Below, one piece after another: positions 52,136-62,332 of a stretch of DNA of 64,000 nt; within the stretch, counting starts at the first letter, position 1, and every line of letters starts with the position of its first letter. This stretch comes from an uncultured bacterium (GTDB taxonomy: Bacteria > Chloroflexota > UBA5177 > JANWHV01): the NCBI GenBank assembly GCA_963827235.1, contig CAWHAE010000015.1, positions 1-64,000 on the forward strand, written 5' to 3'. Made by a program: the position numbers and the translations under genes. The notes beneath the pieces were generated by a model, which worked only from the letters and a program-made list of their open reading frames with translations, was not told the DNA's origin and ran no database searches.

Positions 52136-52534
52136 ATGGCCGGCCGGATACTGGTGATCGAAGACGATCCGACGCTGTCACGATCGATTTGCCGCAATCT
52201 CACCGCCCGCGGTTACGCGACACAGGCGGCCATGACGGTTGCCGAAGCCACTGCCGCCATCTCCAGCGATCTGCCGTCGCTGCTGGTGGTGGATATCGAT
52301 CTGCCGGACGGATCGGGGTGGGAGGTGCTGCGCGGCTTGCGCGAGGATGGGCACGAGGACGTGCGGGCAATCGTCATGTCCGCGCTCCGGCCCAACCCGC
52401 GGCTGGCGCGCGAGCTTGGCGTGATCGGTGTGCTCGAGAAGCCATTTCCCATCCAGTCTCTGCTGCGCCTGATTACCGGGCAGATAGAGCCACCGGCACG
52501 ACCGCATTCCGAGGATAATGAAGCAAAGAGCTAG
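52136..52534 (+). CDS. Single-domain response regulator (receiver only)
   Basis: ILVIEDD, VVDIDLPDGSG, MSA, EKPF; no output domain. Confidence 0.9.
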   Translation: MAGRILVIEDDPTLSRSICRNLTARGYATQAAMTVAEATAAISSDLPSLLVVDIDLPDGSGWEVLRGLREDGHEDVRAIVMSALRPNPRLARELGVIGVLEKPFPIQSLLRLITGQIEPPARPHSEDNEAKS

Positions 52535-52603
52535 CGCCGGAGCGGCCGGCTGCCGGCGGCGGCGATGCCCGCCCGTGTCCGGCGGATTCGGTGGTGGTGA
52601 GGG

Positions 52604-53314
52604 ATGACCGCGGCGCATATCCTCGTGGTCGATGACGAGCCGGCGATCCTGCGCACGCTGCGCGCCAATCTGGTAGCCCGCGGCTACGACGTGGCGACCG
52701 CGGAGAGCGGCGAGGAGGCCGTGGCAAGCGCGCGCGACACCGCGCCCGACCTCGTCATCCTCGATCTGATGCTGCCCGGGCTTTCCGGCCTGGAGGTCTG
52801 CCGCATCCTGCGCGACGATTCGGACAGCCCCATTCTCGTGCTGTCCGCGCACGGCGAGGAGCATCTGAAGGTGCGGGCGCTCGACCTCGGCGCCGACGAC
52901 TATCTCACCAAGCCGTTCAGTATGAACGAGCTTCTGGCCCGCGTGCGCGCCCTGCTGCGCCGGCACCCAAGCGCGCCCGGCAGGCCGCACGTGCTGGTGC
53001 ACGGCCCCTTCCACGTCGACCTCGATACACATCAGGCGACGCGTGCCGGTCAGGCGCTGGATCTGACGCATCGCGAGCTCGAGATCCTGGCCTGCCTGCT
53101 GCGCCACGCCGAACAGGTGGTTACGCACCGCCTGCTACTCGAGGAGGTATGGGGTCCGGAATATGAAGACGAGACGCAGTACGTCCGCGTGTTCATCAAC
53201 CGGTTGCGGCACAAGATCGAGCCCGATCCGGCGCATCCCCGGTACATCCTCACCGTGCCCGGCGTAGGCTACCGGCTGGTTGCCGAGGCCGGAGGGGATC
53301 GCGCGCCGGCGTAG
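52604..53314 (+). CDS. kdpE: OmpR-family response regulator, KdpE-like
   Basis: ILVVDDEP, LDLMLPG, ALDLGADDYLTKPF, VVTHRLLLEEVWGPEY...YVRVFINRLRHKIEPDPAHPRYILTVPGVGYRL. Confidence 0.88.
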   Translation: MTAAHILVVDDEPAILRTLRANLVARGYDVATAESGEEAVASARDTAPDLVILDLMLPGLSGLEVCRILRDDSDSPILVLSAHGEEHLKVRALDLGADDYLTKPFSMNELLARVRALLRRHPSAPGRPHVLVHGPFHVDLDTHQATRAGQALDLTHRELEILACLLRHAEQVVTHRLLLEEVWGPEYEDETQYVRVFINRLRHKIEPDPAHPRYILTVPGVGYRLVAEAGGDRAPA

Positions 53315-53456
53315 GCCCGAGCGGCATGGCCCCAAGGGACAGGCCGGCGGAACGCGTCGCGTGGATCGAGATCCTGCCCTACCCGGCCCGGCAGATCCGT
53401 GGCGAGGGCACGGCCATTCGCGGCGACGCCTGCGCACGTCCGGCGACCGCCCCGCA

Positions 53457-54407
53457 TCAGCGCCTGCTGGTGCTGAAAGGATCGAGCGCGTCGCGCAGGC
53501 CATCGCCCAACAGGTTGACGCTCAGCACGGTGAGAAGAATCATCAGGCCGGGATAGATGGCAGCCCAGGGAGCGGACGCCATGTTTGCCTGAGCGTCGGC
53601 CAGCATACTGCCCCAGCTCGACGTGGGCGGCTGCACGCCGAAGCCGAAGAAGCTCAGCACCGATTCCACGATGATGTTGTTGCCGACCAGCAGGGTGGCG
53701 TTCACCACGATCGGGGCGACGGCATTGGGCAGCAGGTGACGGGCGATGATGCCTACCGGACCGACGCCCAGCGCCCTGGCCGCCAGAATGTAGTCGCGCT
53801 CCTTGAGCGAGAGAATCTCCGCGCGCACCAGTCGCGCGATGTAGGTCCAGCTCACGGCCATGATGATCAGCACGATCATGGCGACATTCTGGCCTCCGGT
53901 GTCGCCGGCGATGAACGCGGAGAGTACGAAGAGCAACAGGTAAAGGGGGAAGGAGAGCATCAGGTCGGTCAGGCGCATCACGAGGTTGTCGACCCAGCCG
54001 CCGAAATAGCCGGCCACGGCGCCGAGAGTGGTGCCGAGCACGATCGCGCTGAGCATGGAGCCGAAGCCGATCAGCAGCGAAATGCGGCCGCCGTAGAGAA
54101 CCCTGCTGAACACGTCGCGCCCCGAGAAGTCGAGACCCATGATGTGCGCGCTGGTGGGCGGGGCGCCGTCGAAGGCGGCGTAGTTCTCGTAGTTCGGGTC
54201 GTAGGGCGCGATCCACGGCGCCAGAATGGCCGAGCCGGCTAGCAGCACCAGCAGCACAGTGGCGACCAGGGCCAGCCTGTGCCTGCGAAAGCGCCGCCAG
54301 GCCAGGCTCAGGAAGCCGAGATGGGCGGTATCTACGCTCTCCGTTTGCACGGGGGCGTCGACGTGCGCCTCGGCTCTACCGGTTTTCGTATGGTCGACCG
54401 TGGTCAT
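53457..54407 (-). CDS. Peptide/nickel ABC permease (OppC/DppC type)
   Basis: AWRRFRRHRLA, GRDVFSRVLYGGRISL, ARLVRAEILSLKERDYILAARALG, GDGLRDALDP. Confidence 0.92.
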   Translation of the reverse strand: MTTVDHTKTGRAEAHVDAPVQTESVDTAHLGFLSLAWRRFRRHRLALVATVLLVLLAGSAILAPWIAPYDPNYENYAAFDGAPPTSAHIMGLDFSGRDVFSRVLYGGRISLLIGFGSMLSAIVLGTTLGAVAGYFGGWVDNLVMRLTDLMLSFPLYLLLFVLSAFIAGDTGGQNVAMIVLIIMAVSWTYIARLVRAEILSLKERDYILAARALGVGPVGIIARHLLPNAVAPIVVNATLLVGNNIIVESVLSFFGFGVQPPTSSWGSMLADAQANMASAPWAAIYPGLMILLTVLSVNLLGDGLRDALDPFSTSRR

Positions 54408-54457
54408 GCCATCTTCTCGTATGCGGTGCTCGGGTGGCTCACGCGGCGGATTCATGG

Positions 54458-55408
54458 CTAGGAGTAACGGATGCGGGGGTCGAGCAGACCGTACATGATG
54501 TCGGCGATGATGTTGCAGGCGACGATGGTCACCGCCGAAAGCTCCATCATGGCCATCAAGACTGGGTAGTCACGCGCCTGCAGCGACTCGTAGAACAGCC
54601 GGCCCAAGCCCGGCCAGGCAAAGATCGTTTCGGTGATCACGGCACCACCGAAGATGGTGCCGCAGTCGAGGGCGACGACCGTCACCAGGGGCGTGAGGGC
54701 GTTGCGGAAGGCGTGCTTGATCACGATCGTCACTCGTCTCACTCCCTTGGCCCGTGCCGTGCGCAGGTAGTCCTGATGCAGCACCTCGAGCATGCTGGAG
54801 CGCAGGTAGCGGCTCCATGCCGCGATGAAGTTCAGCGACAGCACGACGGCGGGCAGGATCAGGTGATGGATCTGATCCCACAGGGTTGCAGGCACCCCTT
54901 CGGTCACCTGGCCGCCGGTGGGAAACCAGTTGTGCTGCACGGCAAGACCGAGGATCAGCATCTCGGCGAACCAGAAGACCGGCATGGAAATGCCGATGTA
55001 CGACAGCACGGTCAGCACGTAGTCGAGGATCGAATACTGCTTGACCGCGGCGACGATGCCGAGCGGCAAGGCGCAGACGAAAGCGAGCAGGAACCCAGTG
55101 CCCAGAAGCTGCAGCGTGGCCGGGATACGATCGCCGATCACGGTGGCGACGGGCTGGCCGTTGGTGTACGTGTTGCCAAGATCGAGATGAATCGTACCCC
55201 ACAGCCATTTCACGTACTGGATGTACCAGGGCTTGTCCAGCCCCAGATTGACGACCATGTCGTGTTGTGCCTGGGCACTCATGTGCGGGCTGAACGCTAC
55301 CTGCGCCGGACCGCCTGGGATGAGCTGCAGCAGGAGGAAGAGTGCCACGCTGATCACGATCAGAAGGGGAACGGCCTGTAGCAGCCGCCGGGCAATGTAG
55401 GTGGTCAC
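54458..55408 (-). CDS. Peptide/nickel ABC permease (OppB/DppB type)
   Basis: GTG start, YIARRLL, GLDKPWYIQY, HLILPA, DYLRTARAKG, ETIFAWPGLG, LDPRIRY. Confidence 0.92.
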   Translation of the reverse strand: MTTYIARRLLQAVPLLIVISVALFLLLQLIPGGPAQVAFSPHMSAQAQHDMVVNLGLDKPWYIQYVKWLWGTIHLDLGNTYTNGQPVATVIGDRIPATLQLLGTGFLLAFVCALPLGIVAAVKQYSILDYVLTVLSYIGISMPVFWFAEMLILGLAVQHNWFPTGGQVTEGVPATLWDQIHHLILPAVVLSLNFIAAWSRYLRSSMLEVLHQDYLRTARAKGVRRVTIVIKHAFRNALTPLVTVVALDCGTIFGGAVITETIFAWPGLGRLFYESLQARDYPVLMAMMELSAVTIVACNIIADIMYGLLDPRIRYS

Positions 55409-55915
55409 CGCTGCTGTCCTTATGCACTGCCATTCGAACCGAGCGCCGTCATCACCGCGTATGACCACAAGCGCTCAGCACGTCGCTAGGCAGGCATTAC
55501 AGTGCTTGACGCGGCCAGACCGTCCCGGTCGTTCTTTTCGCTCAACGACCTGATCTTAACTCATGCGAGCGACGTCTTTGCTGAAATGGGGTGAGAGTGT
55601 CCGTCGCGCGTTGTACCGCGCCTCATACAAATCAGGGCACGCGCCCAACGCGTATGGGCGCGGGAAGGCGCAACCGCACTGTTATGCGGTATGTTCATTG
55701 CGTGTAGCCGTGACAGGTGGTGGGAGGAGCCTGCCAGGCGCCAGGGAGACGCGCAGACGACGCCGCGCCACCCGCTCGACACTCCAAGGAGGTGCTATGC
55801 AATAACGCCAGACGGGAGATTCGCCCGTCAACCCGTCGAGAGCTCGTCATTGTCGCCGTGATCTCCAATTGGATTTCCTGCTCTGAGCTTTGCAGAGTGC
55901 GAGGATCGAGACAAT

Positions 55916-57595
55916 ATGGAGTACAATCTCATGAAATTCTTCCATTCCCGGGGAAAGACCCTGGCAACCGCGGTAGCCATCGTGGCCCTGGTTGCCGGCA
56001 CGGTGGGACCTGTACACGCGCAACGGCCGTCGCAAGCATCGCACGCGGACGGCGGTGTCCTGATCGACCCTATCGCGGCCCAGACCTTGTGGGCCGGCAC
56101 GCTGGATCCGTCGCTCATCACTGCGCTCGTCGACAATGACGTGGCACAAAAGCTCTACTCCGGCCTGGTGAAGCAGGCGTATAACGACAAGACCCATCTG
56201 TTCGACATCGTGCCCGACCTGGCAGCCGGTATGCCCACGGTCAGCAAAGACGGCCTCACCTATACGTTCAAGATCCGCTCCGACGCGAAGTTCCAGGACG
56301 GCACGTCGATCACGGCGCAGGACTTCGTCTCGAGCTGGACCCGCGTCGTCGACCCCAAGGCTAACTCGGGCGCCGAATACTACATGAGCCCGATCCAGGG
56401 CGCCGACGCCTATGCCGCCGGCAAGACGAAGACCTGGGGCGTCAAGGCGATCGACGCCAGCACCCTGCAGGTCACCCTGGCGCATCCTGCCGTCTACTTC
56501 CTCTATGACCTTACATACCCGACCTTCTTCGTGCTCAAGGCAGGTATTCCGGTTGGTGCCAAGCTGACCACCGATCCTTCGTTGGTCAATGCTTCCGGTC
56601 CCTGGATGCTGAAGGACCACACCTGGGCGTACCGGAGCAAGATCACACTGGTGCCTAACCCCAATTACTGGGAATACAGCAAGATCACGCTCAAGGAAAT
56701 TGACGTCGTCTTCACAGGCACCTACATCACGATGCTCGCCGCCTACCGCAGCGGCGAGTACCCCATCGCCTGGCTCACTTCGGCCAATCTGAAGACCTAC
56801 CAGAGTGCGCCTGAGTTCCATAACGTGGCCGTGCTCGGCGATGTCTGGCTGGCCATGAACTCGCATATCGCCCCCTTCGACAACAAGAACTTCCGCCTGG
56901 CCGTGGCCTACGCCATCAATCGCGATGCCATTACCAAGGGTGTCGATCGCGGCGAGAACGCGACACTGTATAGCTGGTATCCAAACGGCATCCTGGGCTA
57001 CGACCCGAACGTGCAAAGCCAGCCCGGCGTGCCTCACTACGACCCCGCTATGGCCAAGCAATACCTGGCAGCGGCCATGAAGCAGATGTCGTCGGTTCCC
57101 ACCATCTCTCTGGAGTACCGGAGCGAGAACCCCGACGTCGCGCGTGAGATGGCCGAAGTGCAGGCCGAGCTCAAGGCCGTCGGCATCACCATTGCCCTGC
57201 ACCCGGTGCCTCGTGCCACCTGGATCAGCGACGGCAACAGCGGCAAGACCCAGTTCATCTGGGCTGATTGGTACGACGACTATCCGGATCCGCAGGATTT
57301 CTCCGACTACCTGATCCGCACCAATGCGCCTGAGAATTGGGGTCGCTACTCCAATCCTGTGGTCGATAAGCTCTTCGACCAGGCCAACGTCACCAGCGAT
57401 TCCGCCACGCGAACGAAGCTGCTCAAGCAGGCGCAGTTGATCATCCTGCGCGACGCGGGCGTGGCCATGCTGTACCAGTTCGGCGATCAGACCCTGATCA
57501 GCTCCAAGATCCATGGTATGGAGCTGAATCCGAGCTTCGGCAACGAGCCAGAGCCCGTCGCCAACGACTGGGCGAACGTCACCGTTTCATCGTAG
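55916..57595 (+). CDS. Peptide ABC substrate-binding protein (OppA/DppA family 5)
   Basis: LYSGLV, PDLA...SKDGLTYTFKIR...KFQDG, SGPW, PNPNYW, FRLAVAYAINR, WYDDYPDP, YSNPVVDKL. The start may be 55931. Confidence 0.92.
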   Translation: MEYNLMKFFHSRGKTLATAVAIVALVAGTVGPVHAQRPSQASHADGGVLIDPIAAQTLWAGTLDPSLITALVDNDVAQKLYSGLVKQAYNDKTHLFDIVPDLAAGMPTVSKDGLTYTFKIRSDAKFQDGTSITAQDFVSSWTRVVDPKANSGAEYYMSPIQGADAYAAGKTKTWGVKAIDASTLQVTLAHPAVYFLYDLTYPTFFVLKAGIPVGAKLTTDPSLVNASGPWMLKDHTWAYRSKITLVPNPNYWEYSKITLKEIDVVFTGTYITMLAAYRSGEYPIAWLTSANLKTYQSAPEFHNVAVLGDVWLAMNSHIAPFDNKNFRLAVAYAINRDAITKGVDRGENATLYSWYPNGILGYDPNVQSQPGVPHYDPAMAKQYLAAAMKQMSSVPTISLEYRSENPDVAREMAEVQAELKAVGITIALHPVPRATWISDGNSGKTQFIWADWYDDYPDPQDFSDYLIRTNAPENWGRYSNPVVDKLFDQANVTSDSATRTKLLKQAQLIILRDAGVAMLYQFGDQTLISSKIHGMELNPSFGNEPEPVANDWANVTVSS

Positions 57596-57618
57596 GCCAC
57601 TCGCGGCGTGGTCTGGAT

Positions 57619-57658
57619 TGCGACTCGGGGTACCCGCTTGCGAGTGCCCCGAGTCGCA
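57619..57658 (+). terminator. Strong stem-loop after the SBP gene (partial terminator or mRNA stabiliser)
   Basis: TGCGACTCGGGGTAC / GTGCCCCGAGTCGCA stem (one G-U pair); no U-tract. Confidence 0.6.
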
Positions 57659-57810
57659 GCCGTGCTGCGCTCGCCTGATGTCTTGCTGAGCAGGTTCGAA
57701 GGAGGAGGGCGCCAGGAAGCCAGCCCATCCACCTGACAATCCTCCGAAAGTCCGATATCTTTTCCAGGTCGAGATACAAGGCACCCATCGAGGCTGATAC
57801 CATAGGGCTC

Positions 57811-58764
57811 ATGCGACTTCTCAACTTTATCGTCAAGCGACTCATCGCCACGGCGTTCATACTGCTCGGCGTGGCAGCCGTCACCTTCTTCCTCGTGCGT
57901 CTCGCGCCCGGTGATCCGGTTACGCAGGTACTTGGCCAGCACGCCGGTGACCAGGCTACCTATCACCGGATCTACCACCAGATGGGCTTTGACCAGCCTC
58001 TGTGGATTCAGTTTCGAACCTACGTCTGGAATGCGCTGCACGGCAATCTCGGCACGTCCGTGAACCAGCTTAACGTGCCCGTAACCGACATTCTCGGACA
58101 AGGCTTGCCCGTCACCCTCGAGCTCGGCGGTCTCGCCACCCTCATCGCGCTCTTATTCGGCATCCCGCTGGGCGTCTTGGCCGCCGTGCGTCACAACCGG
58201 CTCGTAAGCGACAACGTGAACATGGGTATCATGATGACCCTGTATTCCCTACCGCCCTTCGTGATCATCCCTGTCGTGTGGATCGTGTTCGGCACTCTGC
58301 TCAAGGGCACAATCTTCCATCTTCCGGTCACCGGCTGGGATGGGATCGGCGATCCCCAGTACTGGCTGGCGCCAGCTTTCGTGTTCGCCGCCGGTCTGGC
58401 CGGTTTCTTTGCTCGATCGATGCGCAGCTTCATGCTCGAGGAATTGACCAAGGACTATATTCGCACAGCGCGCGCCAAGGGCATGCCGGAGCGCACCGTC
58501 ATCTACATCCACGCGCTCAAGAACACCCTCCTGCCGTTCGCTTCGGTACTGGGTCCCACGGTGGCGTTTCTCGTGGTTGGCGCCTTCATCATCGAGAATG
58601 AGTTCGGCATTCCCGGCATCGCGCAGATTACCGTGCAATCCACGCTGTCTAACGATTACTCTGTCACGCTGGGTACCACCCTGATCCTGGCCACGGCAGT
58701 GGTACTCGCCAATGCCCTGACGGACATCTTCTACACCATCGTGGATCCGCGGGTGAGTCTCTAG
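57811..58764 (+). CDS. Peptide ABC permease (OppB/DppB type)
   Basis: FIVKRL, PGDP, GFDQPLWIQF, DYIRTARAKG, HALKN, VDPRV. Confidence 0.92.
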   Translation: MRLLNFIVKRLIATAFILLGVAAVTFFLVRLAPGDPVTQVLGQHAGDQATYHRIYHQMGFDQPLWIQFRTYVWNALHGNLGTSVNQLNVPVTDILGQGLPVTLELGGLATLIALLFGIPLGVLAAVRHNRLVSDNVNMGIMMTLYSLPPFVIIPVVWIVFGTLLKGTIFHLPVTGWDGIGDPQYWLAPAFVFAAGLAGFFARSMRSFMLEELTKDYIRTARAKGMPERTVIYIHALKNTLLPFASVLGPTVAFLVVGAFIIENEFGIPGIAQITVQSTLSNDYSVTLGTTLILATAVVLANALTDIFYTIVDPRVSL

Positions 58765-59754
58765 ATGCCTGCTTCCGAGGAAACGCTTCGCACCGCCGCG
58801 CGGGCCGCTCCGGATCTCTCCCCTTCTGCGGACCCGGGAGGATCACCTGCGCGGCTGGCAGTCGATCCTGGGGAGCTGAAGCCGATTTCGCTCACTCGCC
58901 AGGCCGTCTGGCGCTTCATGGATAACCGCCTGGCAGTGGTCAGTCTGGTCGTCCTGATCGTCCTGATTCTGCTTGCGCTGCTGGCTAACTTCCTACCGTT
59001 GATCGATCCGACGGCCGGCGACCCCTTCAACCAGGATTCCTTTCCCTCGCGCCTGCATCTGCTGGGCACCGACGCCTCGGGACACGACCTGTTCAGCGCG
59101 ATCATCTTCGGCCTGCGCCCGGCTCTTGCCGTGGGCATCATCGGCCAGGTTATCGCGACGATCATCGGCGTGGCGATCGGCGTGGTGGCCGGGTACTTCG
59201 GCGGCTGGGTTGACGCCGTGCTGTCGCGGTTTACGGATCTCGTCTTCGCCCTGCCCACCTTTCTCATGGCCTTCCTCACCGTTGCCGTGCTGGGCTCGAG
59301 CTGGGACAACCTGTTTGGTGGCACCGGCCGCATCGTCCTGATCACCATCGTGTTTGGCTTCGTGGGCTGGCCGCCGCTGATGCGCTTCGTGCGCGCGCTC
59401 GCCCTGTCGATGAAAGAGCAGCAGTTTATCGAGGCCGCGCACAGCATCGGCACGCCACCCTTGAAGATCATCGTCCGGCACATTTTGCCCAACACCTGGG
59501 GCCTGGTGCTCGTGCAGGCCACCTTTGGTATTGGCAACTTCATCTACAACGAGACCACCCTCTCCCTGCTGGGCCTGGGCGTGCAGCCCCCCAATCCGGA
59601 CCTCGGCTCGCTCATCACCATCGGAGCACAGCAAATCAACATCAACTGGATGGAATCGATTATCCCGGCCGCGTTCTTGGCAGTGCTTGTAGTGGGGTTC
59701 GCCTTCCTCGGCGACGGCTTGCGCGATGCCGTGGATCCGCGCGCCAGTGAATGA
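58765..59754 (+). CDS. Peptide ABC permease (OppC/DppC type)
   Basis: HLLGTDASGHD, AGYFGGWVD, EQQFIEAAHSIG, RHILPN, GDGLRDAVDPR. Confidence 0.92.
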   Translation: MPASEETLRTAARAAPDLSPSADPGGSPARLAVDPGELKPISLTRQAVWRFMDNRLAVVSLVVLIVLILLALLANFLPLIDPTAGDPFNQDSFPSRLHLLGTDASGHDLFSAIIFGLRPALAVGIIGQVIATIIGVAIGVVAGYFGGWVDAVLSRFTDLVFALPTFLMAFLTVAVLGSSWDNLFGGTGRIVLITIVFGFVGWPPLMRFVRALALSMKEQQFIEAAHSIGTPPLKIIVRHILPNTWGLVLVQATFGIGNFIYNETTLSLLGLGVQPPNPDLGSLITIGAQQININWMESIIPAAFLAVLVVGFAFLGDGLRDAVDPRASE

Positions 59755-59755
59755 C

Positions 59756-60823
59756 ATGACGGTTCAGGAAAGCATCGCCATTCCGGCGGAAGCCCGCGTG
59801 CGCGGCGACCTGCTGCTGAGCGTGCAGGATCTGCGCACGTACTTCTATACGCGAGCCGGCGTCGTGAAGGCAGTCGACGGAGTAAGCTTCGATCTGCGGC
59901 GGGGTGAGAGTCTGGGTATTGTCGGCGAGTCCGGGTCGGGCAAGACGGTCACCGCTCTCTCGATTATGCGCCTGATTCCCGAGCCGCCCGGGCGCATCGC
60001 CGGAGGTCGCATCACATTCGACGGCCGTAACATGCTCACACTCGGCACGCACGAGCTGCAGCGGATGCGCGGCAGTGTGATGGGTATGATCTTCCAGGAT
60101 CCCATGACCTCGCTCAATCCTGTGCTCAGCATCGGTTACCAGCTCAAGGAGACGCTCAAACGGCACCAGAAGATCTCGGGCAGGAAGGCCGATCTGCGCG
60201 CCGCGGAGCTGCTGGAGCGGGTTGGCATTCCGGCGCCGAGCAAGCGGCTGAAGGATTATCCGCACAACTTCTCCGGCGGCATGCGACAGCGCGTGGTGAT
60301 TGCCATGGCCCTGGCCTGCAATCCAAAGCTGATCATCGCCGACGAGCCGACTACCGCGCTCGACGTGACGATCCAGGCGCAGATACTCGATCTCTTGCGC
60401 GGTCTGCGCGAGGACTTCGATACGTCGATCCTGCTGATCACTCATGATCTTGGCGTAGTGGCCCGACTCTGCGACCGTATCGTGGTCATGTACGGGGGCA
60501 AGGTGCTGGAGACCGGCACGGCCCTGGAAACCTTCAAGAATGCCAACCAGCCCTACACGGAGGGCTTGCTCCACTCCATTCCACGGCTCGACCGGACGCG
60601 AGGCGAGCCCTTGACACCTATTCCCGGCAACCCGCCCAACATGCTGGCTCCGCCGCGAGGTTGCCCCTTCGCGCCCCGTTGCCGGTACGTGCTCGAGCGC
60701 TGCACACAGGACATGCCGCCGCTCGGCGCCGTGTCCGGCAGCACTTCGCACTTTTCGGCCTGTTGGGCCAGCAACCCGCCGGGCTCGTCCGCCGGATCGG
60801 CGCCGAGCGCGATTCCGGGGTAG
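59756..60823 (+). CDS. Peptide ABC ATPase (OppD/DppD type)
   Basis: [38 protein letters not shown], Cys-rich C-terminus GCPFAPRC. Confidence 0.94.
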   Translation: MTVQESIAIPAEARVRGDLLLSVQDLRTYFYTRAGVVKAVDGVSFDLRRGESLGIVGESGSGKTVTALSIMRLIPEPPGRIAGGRITFDGRNMLTLGTHELQRMRGSVMGMIFQDPMTSLNPVLSIGYQLKETLKRHQKISGRKADLRAAELLERVGIPAPSKRLKDYPHNFSGGMRQRVVIAMALACNPKLIIADEPTTALDVTIQAQILDLLRGLREDFDTSILLITHDLGVVARLCDRIVVMYGGKVLETGTALETFKNANQPYTEGLLHSIPRLDRTRGEPLTPIPGNPPNMLAPPRGCPFAPRCRYVLERCTQDMPPLGAVSGSTSHFSACWASNPPGSSAGSAPSAIPG

Positions 60824-61051
60824 GTGAGGCGACTGGATGACGATGCCCAGACGTGGCGGCTCCGTCGGCCCGCTCAACGGATCGGCTGGTTTCGTTGGAG
60901 TAGCGCCTCACGGGATGAACCGCGAGGCTCCGTGTCCGTGGACTACGAGGGCGCGCGGGACGCGCGCGGTCACAGGAGGGGGGACTCAACCTTATCCACA
61001 GCCGGTGATTGGTCGAGCAGTGGGTAGGGTCCAAAGAGGGAGATAGACGAG

Positions 61052-62104
61052 ATGAGTGTTGCCGTGGAGCAGGTACGGCCGCCGGTGGCGGAAGACGACG
61101 TGCTGGTGCAGATCGAGGACCTTCAGGTCCATTTCCCTATCCACGGCGGTTTCCTGGGCCGGCGGTCCGGCGCCGTGCAAGCGGTCGACGGTGTCAGCCT
61201 GCAGATTCGCCGGGGTGAAACGGTAGGCCTGGTAGGGGAGTCGGGCTGCGGAAAGTCCACGCTGAGCCGGGCAGTGCTTCAGCTGATCAAGCCGACCGGC
61301 GGCAGGGTGCTGCTCGACGGTCGAGAGCTGACCGGCATGTCCCGCGAGCGGCTGCGACCGATGCGCCGACGCATGCAGATGATCTTCCAGGATCCCTACA
61401 GCTCGCTCAACGGGCGCATGACCGTGGCCGAGATCGTGGCGGAGCCTATGAAGAACTACCACGTCACGAGTCGGTCCGCTCGTACTCGTGCCGTGCGGGA
61501 TCTGCTCAAGATGGTGGGGCTCAGCGACTACCACATGAACCGCTACCCCCATCAATTCAGCGGCGGACAGCGCCAGCGGATCGGCATCGCCCGCGCTCTG
61601 GCTCTGCGGCCCGACTTCGTGATCTGCGACGAGCCGGTCAGCGCTCTGGATGTCTCCATTCAGGCCCAGATACTCAACCTATTGGAACAGCTGCAGCGCG
61701 ATCTCAACCTCACCTACCTGTTCATCGCCCATAATCTGAGCGTCGTGCGCCACATCAGCGACCGTATCGCGGTGATGTATCTGGGTGAGCTCGTGGAAAT
61801 CGGGACCGGAGACGAGCTCTTCGTCCAGCCGCTGCATCCATACACGCGTGCCTTGCTCTCCGCCATTCCCGTGCCCGATCCGGAGACGGAGCGGCAGCGG
61901 CAGCGAATCGTGCTGCAGGGCGACGTCCCCAGCCCGGCGGCGCCGCCCGACGGCTGCCGCTTCCACACGCGCTGCCCCATCGCTCGGCCCGAATGCGGTC
62001 AACTGCGTCCCTCCCTGCAGGGCCGGCCGCACAAGGTGGCCTGCTGGGCGATCACCGGACTCGAGGGTATGGCGCCCTGGGCGCCCTGGGCCACGACTTC
62101 ATAG
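61052..62104 (+). CDS. Peptide ABC ATPase (OppF/DppF type)
   Basis: [49 protein letters not shown]. Confidence 0.94.
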   Translation: MSVAVEQVRPPVAEDDVLVQIEDLQVHFPIHGGFLGRRSGAVQAVDGVSLQIRRGETVGLVGESGCGKSTLSRAVLQLIKPTGGRVLLDGRELTGMSRERLRPMRRRMQMIFQDPYSSLNGRMTVAEIVAEPMKNYHVTSRSARTRAVRDLLKMVGLSDYHMNRYPHQFSGGQRQRIGIARALALRPDFVICDEPVSALDVSIQAQILNLLEQLQRDLNLTYLFIAHNLSVVRHISDRIAVMYLGELVEIGTGDELFVQPLHPYTRALLSAIPVPDPETERQRQRIVLQGDVPSPAAPPDGCRFHTRCPIARPECGQLRPSLQGRPHKVACWAITGLEGMAPWAPWATTS

Positions 62105-62173
62105 TGCTGAGATGTGCAGCCGGCGAGCCGTCCCCATGCCGGCGGCCCGGCCGGTGAAGGCCGAATTCAGTAT

Positions 62174-62325
62174 CTACCCGACCGGCGGAGGCTGCAGCTC
62201 GCGGTCGAAGTCCCGGTAGACCAGCGAAATCCCGAGCCAGGCCGGGTACTCCTCGACGAGCTCGAGCACCTGCTCGATGTCCTCGGCTGAGACTGCCTCG
62301 GCGAGAGCAATGACGGATGCCAGGC
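62174..62325 (-). pseudogene. N-terminal relic of a GNAT acetyltransferase
   Basis: AEAVSAEDIEQVLELVEEYPAWLGISLVYRDFDRELQPPPVG* resembles the EYxxWLGxxLxFQxFDxELxxLP start of a common GNAT family; truncated. Confidence 0.5.
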
Positions 62326-62332
62326 CGCTCGC

